A stretch of DNA of 64,000 bases from Rhizodiscina lignyota (lineage: Eukaryota): contig ML978132.1 in assembly GCA_010015805.1 (NCBI GenBank), positions 558,001 to 622,000 on the forward strand, written 5' to 3'. This document shows, piece by piece, positions 36,980 to 48,287 of this stretch. Position numbers and translations under genes: made by a program. The notes below the pieces were generated by a model. It saw only the letters and a list, made by a program, of their open reading frames with translations, did not search any database and was not told the origin of the DNA. Every line of letters starts with the position of its first letter. Within the stretch, counting starts at the first letter, position 1.

Positions 36980-37282
36980 AGTGGGCTTCTCAGTCCTATG
37001 CAGCATCGTGGCTACAGGCAGAGGCTTCTCAGTCCCATGAGCGTCGGGGCTGCAGGCAGAGGTTTTTGCTCCGTCCCATGCAGCCTCGGGGCTGAGGGAA
37101 GATGGTAGTTCATCTCAATCCCATGCAGCCTCGGGGCTGAGGGCAGAGGGCAGTTCATCTCACTTCCATGCAGCTTCGGGGCATGCTGGCAGAGGCTTTC
37201 ATCTCAGTTCCACGCAGCTTCGGGGCATGCTGGCAGAGGTTTCTTCTCAGTCCCATGCAGCGGCGGGCTGCTGCTGGCAGAG
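36980..37282. repeat. GC-rich minisatellite, ~7 units of 38-46 bp
   Basis: Consensus GGCAGAGG..TTC(A)TCTCAGTCCCATGCAGC(C/T)TCGGGGC repeated in tandem. Confidence 0.9.
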
Positions 37283-38164
37283 CAACATCGTGAGCGGAAG
37301 ATCTAACAGAAATATCAGCATCTTGGTGCCGGCTCGTTTTCATTGCTTATGCAGTGGTAATGAACTCAACGCTCCTCGGAGATGACTGGATCGACATCTT
37401 ATCTTGCTCGAGTCGCTTCAGTCTGGCAGCTTCGATGATCATGTGCCTGATGGATTGTCTATTGACGACCATTGAAAAGTGAACCTCCTGAATTTGTGAG
37501 AGTCCGAGACTCTTGTCAGAAGGGAGACGTGTGAAATTGAGACGTGAGAGTGAACGTGACCGAAGATGATGGAAGCTGAAGAATGTGGAAGTGAATTGGA
37601 AGTTGATGAGCACTTCTTCAGGTCTCAGAACTGGCGTCTGGCGCAACTCGACGCCAAAGGGCATGCGCTTTCATTGAGCACGGCAGCACGATGTGACATT
37701 GTAAGCTTGTGAAGAGAAGTTTACTTGAGATATTGCGTTAAAAATTTGATCGGAATGGTTCAGCAAAGATGGAACAGTGAAACGACATGATTGAGGTCTG
37801 CCCTGTCGATCGGCGTTAAGACGGAAAGAACAGACGAAGTAGAGCAAGGAGCTTAACCTGTACGTATACAATGTCTGCAGCCTAGGCACGCGAGATTGCT
37901 CTGCCGGTTTCTGGATTCTCCCTGTGGCCATCCCGATTTACTCATGCGCACGCGTTTGTTACAGAACCTGCAGCGACGTTAGGGTTCACTATCTAGCGCC
38001 TCATACTCTATAGGTCACGTGGTGTCGGGCCTAGATTACCGAGTAAGGTACCTACCTACCTAGCTCTATCGTTCAAGCAGTTTCGCGCGTAAGTCCGCGA
38101 CATTCAAATGGACTCCAAGGCGAACTGAGCACAAGCTTGAGGAGCAAGCAAATCTATTGAACTA

Positions 38165-39304
38165 TCATATCTTCCTCTTCTTACTCGCACCATTTGTCCC
38201 CGACTCCGCGCTCGCGCCATTGGATACTTTAATATGAGACCGACACTTCATCAACGGTTGGATCTTTGTCCCAAACTTGTCCAGGCCCTCCAACCAGTCG
38301 TCAAAAGTCAACATGATACCCCTCGTTGCCGGCACAGTGGAAGCCTCATCCAACATCGCCGCAACCTTCTCGAAAGAGCCACACAACGTCCCCATGTTCA
38401 TGTTGACAGAGCTTTCAGGAAGCTTCACCATTGATCGCCAGGTTGCATTCTTATCGGCCTTTGTGTCTTTGCCTCCTTGGTCTGCGATCCATGACACTGC
38501 ATCGACATCGATGCCTTCCTTGTAGTGGTTCCACTTTTCCTCCGCGGCCTCGTCCGTCTCCTCTGCAATGATCATAAAGAGCACATACGCGCTAACATCC
38601 CTTCCGGTTTTCTTCACTACCTCTTCAAGCCGTGTGTTCTGCTCTGTTGCGGCCAATGGAGTATTGTAGCCATGGCCCATGACGAAGTTGTAGTCCACCA
38701 TCTTCGCTGCAAACTCCATACCACCGGCGGACTGGCCTGCGGCGACGATCTTGATATCTGAAGAGGGCTTGGGAGACAGTTTGCAGTCTTCCATGGTGAA
38801 ATGCTTCCCCTTCAGATTTGATACACCATCCTCCCATAGATCTTTCATCACCTGGACATACTCCGTCGCGTATTCGTAGCGGTAGCCGAAATATTTGTTT
38901 CCTGGCCACATGCCCATCTGAGTGTATTCGGCCGGCTGCCATCCAGTGACGATATTAATTCCAAAGCGTCCAGGTGCAACGGAGTCGATGGTCGTGGCCA
39001 TACGCGCAACAAGTGCAGGCGGGAGCGTGAGAATAGCGGTTGAGGCGAACAGTTTGATCTTACTCGTCACAGCAGCGAGTGCGGCCATGAGCGTAAAAGA
39101 TTCGAGATTGTGATTCCAGAACTCCGTTTCGCCGCCAAAGCCTCTGAGCTTGATCATGGAAAGAGCGAAATCAAAGCCATAATGCTCGGCTTTCTGAGTG
39201 ATCTGCTTGTTCAATTCGAACGACGGCTTGTATTGCGGTGAGTTCTTCGATATGAGCCAGCCATTGTTCCCTATGGGAATGAAAACTCCAATGTCCACTG
39301 CCAT
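38165..39304 (-). CDS. rutA: pyrimidine monooxygenase RutA (luciferase-like flavin monooxygenase), intronless
   Basis: [52 protein letters not shown] and VNMNMGTL match enterobacterial RutA as I recall it along the whole length. Confidence 0.93.
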   Translation of the reverse strand: MAVDIGVFIPIGNNGWLISKNSPQYKPSFELNKQITQKAEHYGFDFALSMIKLRGFGGETEFWNHNLESFTLMAALAAVTSKIKLFASTAILTLPPALVARMATTIDSVAPGRFGINIVTGWQPAEYTQMGMWPGNKYFGYRYEYATEYVQVMKDLWEDGVSNLKGKHFTMEDCKLSPKPSSDIKIVAAGQSAGGMEFAAKMVDYNFVMGHGYNTPLAATEQNTRLEEVVKKTGRDVSAYVLFMIIAEETDEAAEEKWNHYKEGIDVDAVSWIADQGGKDTKADKNATWRSMVKLPESSVNMNMGTLCGSFEKVAAMLDEASTVPATRGIMLTFDDWLEGLDKFGTKIQPLMKCRSHIKVSNGASAESGTNGASKKRKI

Positions 39305-39343
39305 GGTAGAAATGAGTATTTCTATATAACGACTTTCCGCAAA

Positions 39344-39580
39344 TTATCTACGACTTTCGAGATCAGGCCGTGAACGTCGCAGCGTAGCTCCCAGTGACCA
39401 GAAGACGAATGAGAAGAAGGAATAAAAACGAACGGACGGACGATTTTCTATTCAAAAATCATCTGATAATCCTACCAGAATTTAGCCTTACTTAAGATAT
39501 CGCTACCTTTGACATCTGCAGGGTACTCGGCTCCTTATCGCGCTGATATCCGACTAGTTTGACGGCGAATTGCTCTATCC
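39344..39580. promoter_or_regulatory. GATA-site cluster upstream of rutA (AreA/Nit2-type nitrogen control)
   Basis: TTATCT 39344, TGATAA 39464, GATATC 39496, TTATCG 39535, GATATC 39545, CTATCC 39575. Confidence 0.55.
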
Positions 39581-40711
39581 GGCAATAGCGGATCTAGATT
39601 CCCACTCGTACGCCAAGTCCAAGAACACCAGACTCGCAGTGCTGAGGCCGTTGATATCTGAGCTCTTCCATGACTTTAGCTTGGGAAAGAGGTTGTAATA
39701 GATGTTTGACAGTAATTGTTGGGTCTCCGTCATTTCCCGGTTTGTGGTACGATGTCGCCGGCAGGTCTCTTCCGCAGAGTAGCCGAGATGCTTGCGTCTG
39801 AACTATGCGAACCAAATCGGTGCTGAATCTCGTCAAGATAGGAGGAGAGAGAGAATATCAAAGAAATAGGTAAGACAAGATGGTGGAAGAGAAGGTTGCA
39901 GAACTTGTCAAAGATTTTGTCGTCTTCGGCCACGCACGCTTGAGGGTGACAGCGCAGGGGATGAGTGCCCCACTTTCCTGTTCAATGTCACGAACTCCTC
40001 CCTTTCCTTCACCTCAGACACCGATTGAATATTTTGGGAAAGACCTCTCTTGGAAGCATTACACAGCCACTGTCAGGCCTACATATACCATGGCCATTAA
40101 TAATGTTCGCGCGAACGCGGCGGACGACAACTGCGGCGGTCGAGCACTACGGCGGTCGACTACGACGGCGGACGACAGTCTGATAGGCCTGCGCCAGAGC
40201 GATACATGGTGACGATCGATGTCGCGCTGATGTCGTGCTCAAAGTCCCCGCCGTACTGCCCTCTACCTTTCCGGCTCACCCAGTATTCAGACAGCTCACC
40301 ATCGTTCTAATCCGAAGACCGCGTAGTATCGAAGCCCATAAATCGCGATTGACTAGACTAAAGGGCCACTAAATCTCCTGCTCAGACCACTTGGAGCCTT
40401 CTGATCGGAGGAGTCCTCGAAAAGAGGAGTATCAGATTGAGAGCTCCTGTTACCTTTGGAATGGTCCCTTCCAGAGACCTTTGGCGGAAGTGTGGAGCCC
40501 CGCATGCTGAGAATGGCATCATTCGTACTCACTACGATTGCACCATATCCATGGATCCGACCCCGAACAAACCGAGGACATATATATGCACATATGGCTT
40601 GATTATCTACAGGGCTGACAAATTAAATATCTTAATAGTTTATATTTGAATCTCTCTTCTCTCTCGCTCACTTCACGCTCCTTAACTTCATCTTCCATCA
40701 CATATCTCAAT

Positions 40712-41698
40712 ATGGCATCCGCAGCAGTTCAACTCCCGCCCTCTGCTCCACACCTTAATGGCCCCTTGTCGGCAGTTGGTGTCGAAACCAAGGGTGCAGG
40801 TCCTCGCGATGTAGTCACCAAGCTCAACTACTACAAAGACCCTGGTGATGGCAGCCCACCAGTTCCATCCTACGTGGGCAAGCCTGATACATATAACCGC
40901 CCAGTTGATACTCGCACTGTGACTGTTCATGACGTGCGAGGCCGTGAGACCGAGCCGCACCTGGACACCACTGGTTTCCAGTTCCTCAAGCATGAGAGTA
41001 TCGAAAAGGACTTTACGGACGACGAGCAGATTAAGAAGCAGTACTATCCCGAGGTCGAGCAACTTCTGAAGGACACGTGAGTAACTTCCATCGTCGTAAT
41101 GTCAGCGCTCTAACTAACCTGCAAATAGCACCGGTGCAAAGAGGGTCTTCATCTTCGACCACACGATCCGCCGCCCACAAGCTGCAGGAGAGAACCCGCT
41201 TCGTGGCCCAGTTCAGCGTGTGCACATCGACCAATCATATTCTGCTTCCGAAGACCGCGTCCGCTACCACTTCCCAGAGGACTACCACCGTCTGCTTAAC
41301 GGACGCTTCCAGATCATCAACCGTAAGTCTACCTGTGCACTCTTTGCCCATCCCTGCTGATGATTCGACTAGTGTGGCGCCCGATCAAGACTGTCCAGCG
41401 AGATCCCCTCGCCGTCGCCGCAGCCCACAGCGTCGAGGAGAAGGATCTCATTCCAGTGGCACTCATCTACCCCAGCCGCCGCGGTGAGACGTACACCGTT
41501 CTTCCCAACGAGAAGCACGACTGGTACTACCTGAGCGGCCAGCGACCGGATGAGCCACTCTTGATCAAATGCTTCGACAGCGAGAAGGACGGTCGTGCAA
41601 GGCGGATCCCGCATACTGCGTTTGAGATTGAGGGCACGCAGGATAAGGAGGCGAGAGAGAGCATCGAGGTTAGGTGCTTGGTCTTCTTTCAGGAGTAA
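40712..41698 (+). CDS. AsaB/CmcJ/NvfI-family oxygenase (often mis-annotated as methyltransferase)
   Basis: LDTTGFQ, YYPEVEQLLK, FDHTIRR, VHIDQS, NVWRPI, DPLAV, WYYLS, PHTAF and RESIEVRCLVF motifs; 2 introns. Confidence 0.88.
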
Positions 41699-41904
41699 GA
41701 AGGGAGTTGATGATATTACGAAACAACATTGAATGTGAGTTTGGAATCGAGATTGTAAAGGGGACCCGAGATATATCCATTCCTTCACGTACTGTATTCT
41801 TAAGTCTGAGCAGCATTCGTTCCGACCCTCAAGTCCACAAGCATATGATAAGGAGTTTTGATATTGTCCCTTTGCGCCCTGCTTCAGGTGTGGTGTCGGT
41901 GGCT

Positions 41905-41946
41905 ATGACTCTACCCTGCGTGACTCAGCATTACGCCTGTGAGTCA
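41905..41946. promoter_or_regulatory. cluster of Gcn4/CpcA-type sites upstream of the tandem tRNA genes
   Basis: ATGACTCT 41905, TGACTCA 41921, TGAGTCA 41940; another TGAGTCAT at 42351. Confidence 0.5.
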
Positions 41947-42024
41947 AAAGGCTCCACCGTGGTTTTGCAAACCCAAGCGCTCAGCCTTATATTCCCAAAC
42001 GAATTCTGGGACCGCAGTATTCAA

Positions 42025-42097
42025 AGCTCGTTAGTTTAGTTGGTTAAAACACTTGGCCCATGACCGAGATCCCGGAGTTCAAATCTTCGACGAGCTA
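42025..42097 (+). tRNA. atypical tRNA with CAT anticodon (Met-like; C33, G37, A1-U72)
   Basis: AGCTCGT/ACGAGCT acceptor, GTTT/AAAC D-stem, CTTGG-CCCATGA-CCGAG anticodon arm, CGGAG-TTCAAAT-CTTCG T-arm. Confidence 0.8.
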
Positions 42098-42102
42098 TCT
42101 AC

Positions 42103-42173
42103 GCCTCGTTAGTTTAATGGTAAAACACTGTGCTGATAACGCAGAGCTCGGCGTTCGATTCGCCGACGAGGTA
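42103..42173 (+). tRNA. tRNA with GAT anticodon (Ile-GAT), unusual for a eukaryotic nuclear gene
   Basis: GCCTCGT/ACGAGGT acceptor, GTTT/AAAC D-stem, CTGTG-CTGATAA-CGCAG anticodon arm, CGGCG-TTCGATT-CGCCG T-arm; T-runs at 42177-42190. Confidence 0.9.
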
Positions 42174-42716
42174 TTATTTTTGCCTTTTTTCTTGTAGAAT
42201 CTTTTTGTTCTGCTTCACGGGTTTCTGAGTGCCTGGCAATGAGCATGACCATGGCCAGTGTTGCCACTGCGAACAGACATGGAAACAGTGACGAGACAGT
42301 AGCATGTTTAGAGCAATTCAATTGTATTCGATACCAGTTTGAAACCTGACTGAGTCATTGTATTTTGGTATCGCATTTGTGAAAGGGAAACCACGGAAGG
42401 CATGTGCCTGGGTATATCTTCCATCCTAGCATCGCGGTCGAATGCCGCGCTTTGAAAAGAAAATCATAAACAAAACCATAAAGTATCCAACCAAGTATGA
42501 ACTTGGTCATACGAGAACCTTGGATTCGAAAAAGACATGCCTCGTAACGTAGTCCGATAGCTGAGGACACCTCGCTCACCATGTAGTTGTTCCTGCAACA
42601 ACATCATACGCAGTGTCATAAGCCATGATAGACCTCCTTGTCATCCGAAAGATGCAAATCGCATCTTCCCCGCTTCGCCAGTTACGTATGGAGGCTGGCA
42701 AGTCCTCGCAGCATGG

Positions 42717-43427
42717 CTAGGTTGCTTCCACCTTGACTTGAACATCACCATTCGAGGACTTGTTGACTCCATTCTTGTTGACTCCATTCTTGTTGGCTCC
42801 ATTCTTGTTGGCTCCATTCTTGTTGACTCCATTCTTGTTGAATCCATTCACCACTCCAGCATTCTCAGTCTGATCATGTCCTGCGGCATCAATGAGAAAG
42901 TGGAGCCTTCCACCAGTGAAGTCGTTGAGCTGGTTACCGATTGTCTCGCGCTTCTTAGCCGGTGAACCGCTATCAGTGAGCCACTTGAGGATAATGTAGC
43001 CAACGAAGCCCCAGAAGAATATGAACGACGCGAACACGCTAGTCACGAACATCGTGGGGAGGAGAATAAGCAGAGCAATGCCAACCAGGAGACCAGTCCA
43101 GAGGAGTGCGATGGTGAGGCCGGCGAGGAAGCAGAAGGTGAGGGAGAAGACGAGGACGGAGATCGAGAAGATAGCGAAGAAAAGGATCGGAAGGCCAGTC
43201 ATGAGGAGGTTGACGAGGAGGAAGGCCTCGAAGAAGTCCTATTAGCGTGAGGTAGTAAAGTCAGTCGCTCTTGATGTGCCTCAACATACAGAGAGCTTTG
43301 GATTGCGGTCGGCGAAGGTTTCGACGCGAATCTTCCATTCCTCGGAGAAGACAGACTCCACAAAGCCTTGTCCTCTCGCTAGCATCGTGTTTTCCGCGCC
43401 AGCGTTGTTGTTGGGAGCGTCCGGCAT
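42717..43427 (-). CDS. promethin/LDAF1-like lipid-droplet membrane protein
   Basis: RNPKLS|...GLPILFF... long uninterrupted hydrophobic hairpin region ending FFWG; intron ~43239-43289. Confidence 0.75.
42761..42848. repeat. coding 15-bp tandem repeat (NKNGV/NKNGA)
   Basis: CTTGTTG(A/G)CTCCATT repeated 5-6 times in the promethin-like tail. Confidence 0.95.
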
Positions 43428-43762
43428 GATGGTGGCAGGTCTGAGATGCAAGATCGAGAAAAAGTTGGATAGAACAAGCCGAAGCAGGTCTAGAGTGGTG
43501 GTGCGAGCTGCAAAAGTTGAGTCTGAAGTTGAGGTTCTGGAGTGAAGCCGAGGAAAGTGAAGTGAAGGAAAGTTCGTTGCCTCGAAGTCGACGCGCCGTG
43601 TTAAAGTTCAAAGTTGTGACTGACTCGTTGAGCCACGTCAGGGTAAACTGTTGCGAGTCATGGCGCGATCGGTGCAAGGGTCTGAATGCCAAGATTCACA
43701 TTCCGACTCCACTTAAATTTTGAGCAGCTTTGCAGCTCGATAGGAACCCAATGTGCGATACA

Positions 43763-45331
43763 ATGCCGGAAAAGAAGAGGAAGAGAGCAAACGAGCATGA
43801 TGGCCGAAACGCGAAGAAGGTTGCCTCTGCGCCTGATTCTGCAAATTTGAAAGTATCTTTACTCCGCGAGTCTGGAGAACTCTGTCCTGTCATAGGTATG
43901 CTCATTTCTATATATTTTCGCACCGAGATGTCAATTGAGACTGGGGCATAAAGTACATCATGAGGATATGATAATGATCTAATGATTTATGATGACTAAT
44001 TATTGTGATTGTATAGCATCCTCTCCTGGGCTCTCTTTTCCCTCTGACATCTCCCTCAAAGCCTACAAGAAGCGCGACTCCACTGTCCCAATCCCAGGCC
44101 GACCCGCTCCAGAAGGAAAACCATACGAGCTCCTCCTACAGTCTTCAGATCACCCCCGTCTCGACTACGAAGCGCACCAAGAGCAAGATGGCGCGAATGG
44201 ACTGTTACAGCATTACATCGGCGTATACGACCCAAAGACGGGGGATCTGAAGTTGATGGAAGCTCGCAAATTAGTACTTCGGACGACATTGCGCCCAGAG
44301 GAAGGGTCAGAGGATGAAATGGAAGAGCCTAGGCAGACGAATGCCTCACTCCGCCAGAATCTCGGGATGGAGTTCGGCACGAAGAAGGCGAAGAAGGCCA
44401 TCGCTTCTCTTACTGTGAATGCGATATCACCAGCGAAAGGGACGGGCGATGGCAAACCCAAAGACGCTGCGACGAAAGCACTGCTCAACTCCATCGCTGC
44501 CTCAACAGTTGACATGCCGTCTCGGAGAGACCTCCAAGCGAGCGTGGACGACGCGAAACCCCGTCCGAAAGCCAATTTATCTGCTACAGCGGTACGAGAC
44601 GTATATCCTCTAGTGTCCTTGATTGGGCCGGAAGAACTGAAAAACTTGCCGGTGAAGGAGTGGATCGATGCAGTGAAGGAAAAGCAAGATGTGCTGACGA
44701 GGAGTCGATATGTTGCTAGGCGGCTGCAGCAGACAGCAAGGGACGATGATAATCAGGACAGAGTGAAAGCATTGCGTTACCTTACAGTATTGATAGAGCT
44801 TTATGCTGCTGGAAAGCCGTCTCGAGGGGGCGGAAAGAAACTGCCTCCACGAGACGCGCTGAACAAGAGACTTGGAGTTGACGAGGCGCTTGTTTCAAGC
44901 GTGGTCAGGAAATTTGCTGATGGAGGGTAATCGCTGATCGCTAAATCCACTTATTCGTACTTATTTACTAACGCTCAATTTTAGTGATATGACGAAGTGG
45001 AAAGTCGATAATCTTGTCACGCACATCTGTGCTCTGGCCCTTATCGTGGACAATTTCGAGTCAGATGTCAACGACATAAGAGAGGATCTGTCACTTGATA
45101 ACAAACAGTTAGTTTTGTCACTGCGCATCTTTTCTGGCAGGTCATGCTTACTTCTTTATCAGAATCACGCAGTACTTTCACGAGATCGGATGTACCATAA
45201 CAGCCCCCACAGAACGAGAGCGTGAACGGACTAAAATCACGAAAGCAGAAGCATTCAATCATCGCATGGCGCGGCTGAGGATACCACTGGACTTCCCGAA
45301 GCAGAGGGTCATGGCACAAAGACGAAGATAA
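43763..45331 (+). CDS. RPA49: RNA polymerase I subunit A49 (multi-exon)
   Basis: HYIGVYDPKTG, LGMEFGTKKAKKAI, RPKANL and DVYPL motifs, C-terminal ARLRIPLDFP; alternative ATG at 43751. Confidence 0.9.
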
Positions 45332-45784
45332 TTGTTTGGCGTTAAGTGGAGCTGCGGCAGTCGCTCACGAAATTGTACGCATAATATCAAGATTGATGTC
45401 TACGTATTAACAATTCCACGTTGCATTTTGCTTTGCAAGGTCTTCTTCCAAGATGAATCACTTGTTGCTGCAACAGTGCATGATGAGGGGCAGCGCAGTT
45501 GATCTGACTTACTTCCAGTTCACTCTTCGCCGAAAGCTCGACCAAAACACGCCAAGCCTTGACTGGTGATTCTAAGCTCTGAGCCATCTCTTCTCGTTAG
45601 CACCCATCGAGTATTCCCGCACCGCTTCGGCTTTCCGGTATCGTCTTTGGACCAGATGAGATATCTCGCGGTGTGAACAAAAGGAGAGACGGAATCACTG
45701 AGCCAAAAATACTACGCTGCACCTGGCTTTCTGTTTTCCCGCATAACACCCTTCAGCGGCAGCAAGTTACCCAGTAGTAGCATC

Positions 45785-47393
45785 TTATGCTGTGATAGCT
45801 TTAATCTTCGTGACTATAGGATACGGCCAAGACCCGTTGACAAGAGGAGGTGTGGGTGAATACAACCGAACTATATCAGATGTGAGCAAGATCCAAAAGT
45901 CTAAAGCTCTAAGAAGACTTACAGATAACGCTGAAATCGCTATAGTTTGATGGAGACGGGAGCCAACTGTACCACGAGGTCAGTCACAAACATGCGGTAA
46001 ATAACTAGCACTCACTTGTGAGTCCAATTTGCCGGAGGTGGAGCCGCTGCAGATTGAACAAGAATCTGGAACGTCTCATTGCTGGAGCTGCTTCCTGTGC
46101 CATATACCAACGATCCATCCGGATATGTAATGTTGCTTCGATCTCCAACGGCGTATATATTGATGGGATTCTCAACCAGGAAACCGTTTTGATACATGGT
46201 CAAACTCCAAAAGCCAGTCGGCCCAATGGGCGGCTTGCTGGAGAAGGTAGCGAGATATGCTTCACCTTCTGCCAATGAGATATTTCCCTCCGGGTAAGTG
46301 TAAAGCGACTCTGTTATCCTCTCCGACTCCTGGCCTTGGGCGACGACATAAGCCCTAGCAACGTAATCTGCGCCGAATAGACCCACAGTTGTGAACCTCT
46401 TCCAGCCATTACCCAGGCTGAAAAAAGCGCAGGTCTTCTCGTAATTAGCTATGGCTTCAATAACGACATTAGTTGCCGCCGTCAAGTTGACACCTGCAGG
46501 TTTACTGTATGACCCCTGATGAATGCCGGCGACGTTCAATTCTTTATCTACGGCGCGGGGATTTGTTACGTTGATTGGAGGAAAGCCATTTAGTGTGCGA
46601 GCGGTGAGTTCCAAGACGCCGGTTGCATTTTCTGGAAGTCCTTCAAACGTCGCTAAGCTTAGCGGTGGAGTGTTATCGAACGCTGCTCTTGGTCGAGGTC
46701 CGGCCTCTGTTAGCTTGCAGCCGTTGATGATTTTCGCTGATTGTGCCAGGTCGGTGCCATTATTTCGGACCAGAATCCTGATAAGGAGCGATCCATAGGC
46801 GACGGGTGATTCAATGCATAGCGTGCCCTTGTCTTCAACAACAGTCTGACCGTTCAACTGCGGATTCCAGCGCAAGGTGTAATTTCCGAAAGAAGAGCCC
46901 GATATAGAGCCAATTACGGCGTAGTTTTCGCCAAACCTTTCATCGTCAGTTGAAATCGCGTCAAGCGTGCTGTAACATACCCATCGAAGAATGAGAAGCT
47001 CCAATATCGGTCATCATCTACCTCTGGTACAGTCAGTGTGAAGATATCGGCTGATAGATCGAATATGGCCTCTGCGTATAGCGTGTCGGCGTTGGGATAG
47101 ATTCCAAACTTGTCTCCGGCGCCGGCTAATTCATCATTAATACGGAGTTTGTTCAATCCCGTATTATTGATTGTTGCTGTTGCGATTGCGTCCCATGCGA
47201 CAAGAAGAGGATAACCGTACTCGTAAGAGTCAGTTATTCAAGCATACAGTTGCATGAATGAGAGCCTTACCTCTAGCGCAAAGATTGTTGCTGCTGTTGT
47301 ATTCTCTGTCGGCTTATGATCTCTTGACTGGAAACAAGACCCAGCCTGAACCCAACCGATCATATGGAACGCGACAAAGGCAAAAATCTTCAT
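45785..47393 (-). CDS. secreted DUF1254/DUF1214 domain protein (multi-exon)
   Basis: Signal peptide; YGYPL, PNADTLY, RYWSFSFFD, GFWSLTMY, NWLP and RLYSP motifs; 4 introns. Confidence 0.85.
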
Positions 47394-48287
47394 GATTACT
47401 TTCAATGCTCAGAACAAGCTTGGCTCTGGGTTGTTTCTCCACGCTCCAGGCACATATACAAACCGCTTGCGTTACTGGCTTACGAGCGAACTATGCCGCA
47501 TTGTACTGTGGCGGCGTGATTAAACACGCAAAACAAGGCTGATTGAGATGCACTCCTCTTCGTATCGACCCGTCAATCCTCCGCCGCAGCGAACGTCGAC
47601 CAATTGCCAAGACCCGTGTATACCTCATGGCAGTGATAGGCCTGGAGTTAATGAGCACTGCATTGGAGGTTCTGCCGTTGGGCACAATGATTCCGTACGA
47701 GAAATCATGAGTTGTAAGTTCATTATGACCGCCAAAAAGGCAAATATATCAGAAAGAGCACATTGGTGTCGTGAGTGTTGATGACGCATATTCCGCCAAG
47801 CATGGTGTTTCCCGACCAGCCCACCACAGCGAAACAAATTCCCATGTGCAATACCGAAACCAGCACCCTTGGCAGAAAGGTGCCTGGAGAGGCTACACGA
47901 GGACCATGGCATGTGGCGGTGCGCTGAAGCTATGTCCTATTTACGGATGGTGCGAGATATAATACTTTTCAATCCTCTGTTTCTTTTGATTCGCCCAGCG
48001 CTTGAGTTCAATCAAGTGGAAAGAGGACAGGAGCGTACAAAATCGAAAGCTAGATTACACTACTATACAAGGCCGAAACTACGCTTTTTTCTGTGCTTCG
48101 ATTCTCGTCTTCTCGGATTTCTCCTTCGGCCTTCTTGGCTTCGATCTCCTCGCCAACACACTTTCCTTCTTCTCCTGCTGCGTCCCACGTCGTTCATCTT
48201 CCTGCTCCGCTTGCAATCTCGCCTTTCTTAATTTTTTCCTCAGTTGTGTGCTTGCTTTTCCAAGCTCCGACATTTCTCTCCGCACCT

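Noticed and set aside
36980..37282. CRISPR-like array
   Set aside because: Units are contiguous and degenerate with no unique spacers; eukaryotic context and no cas genes.
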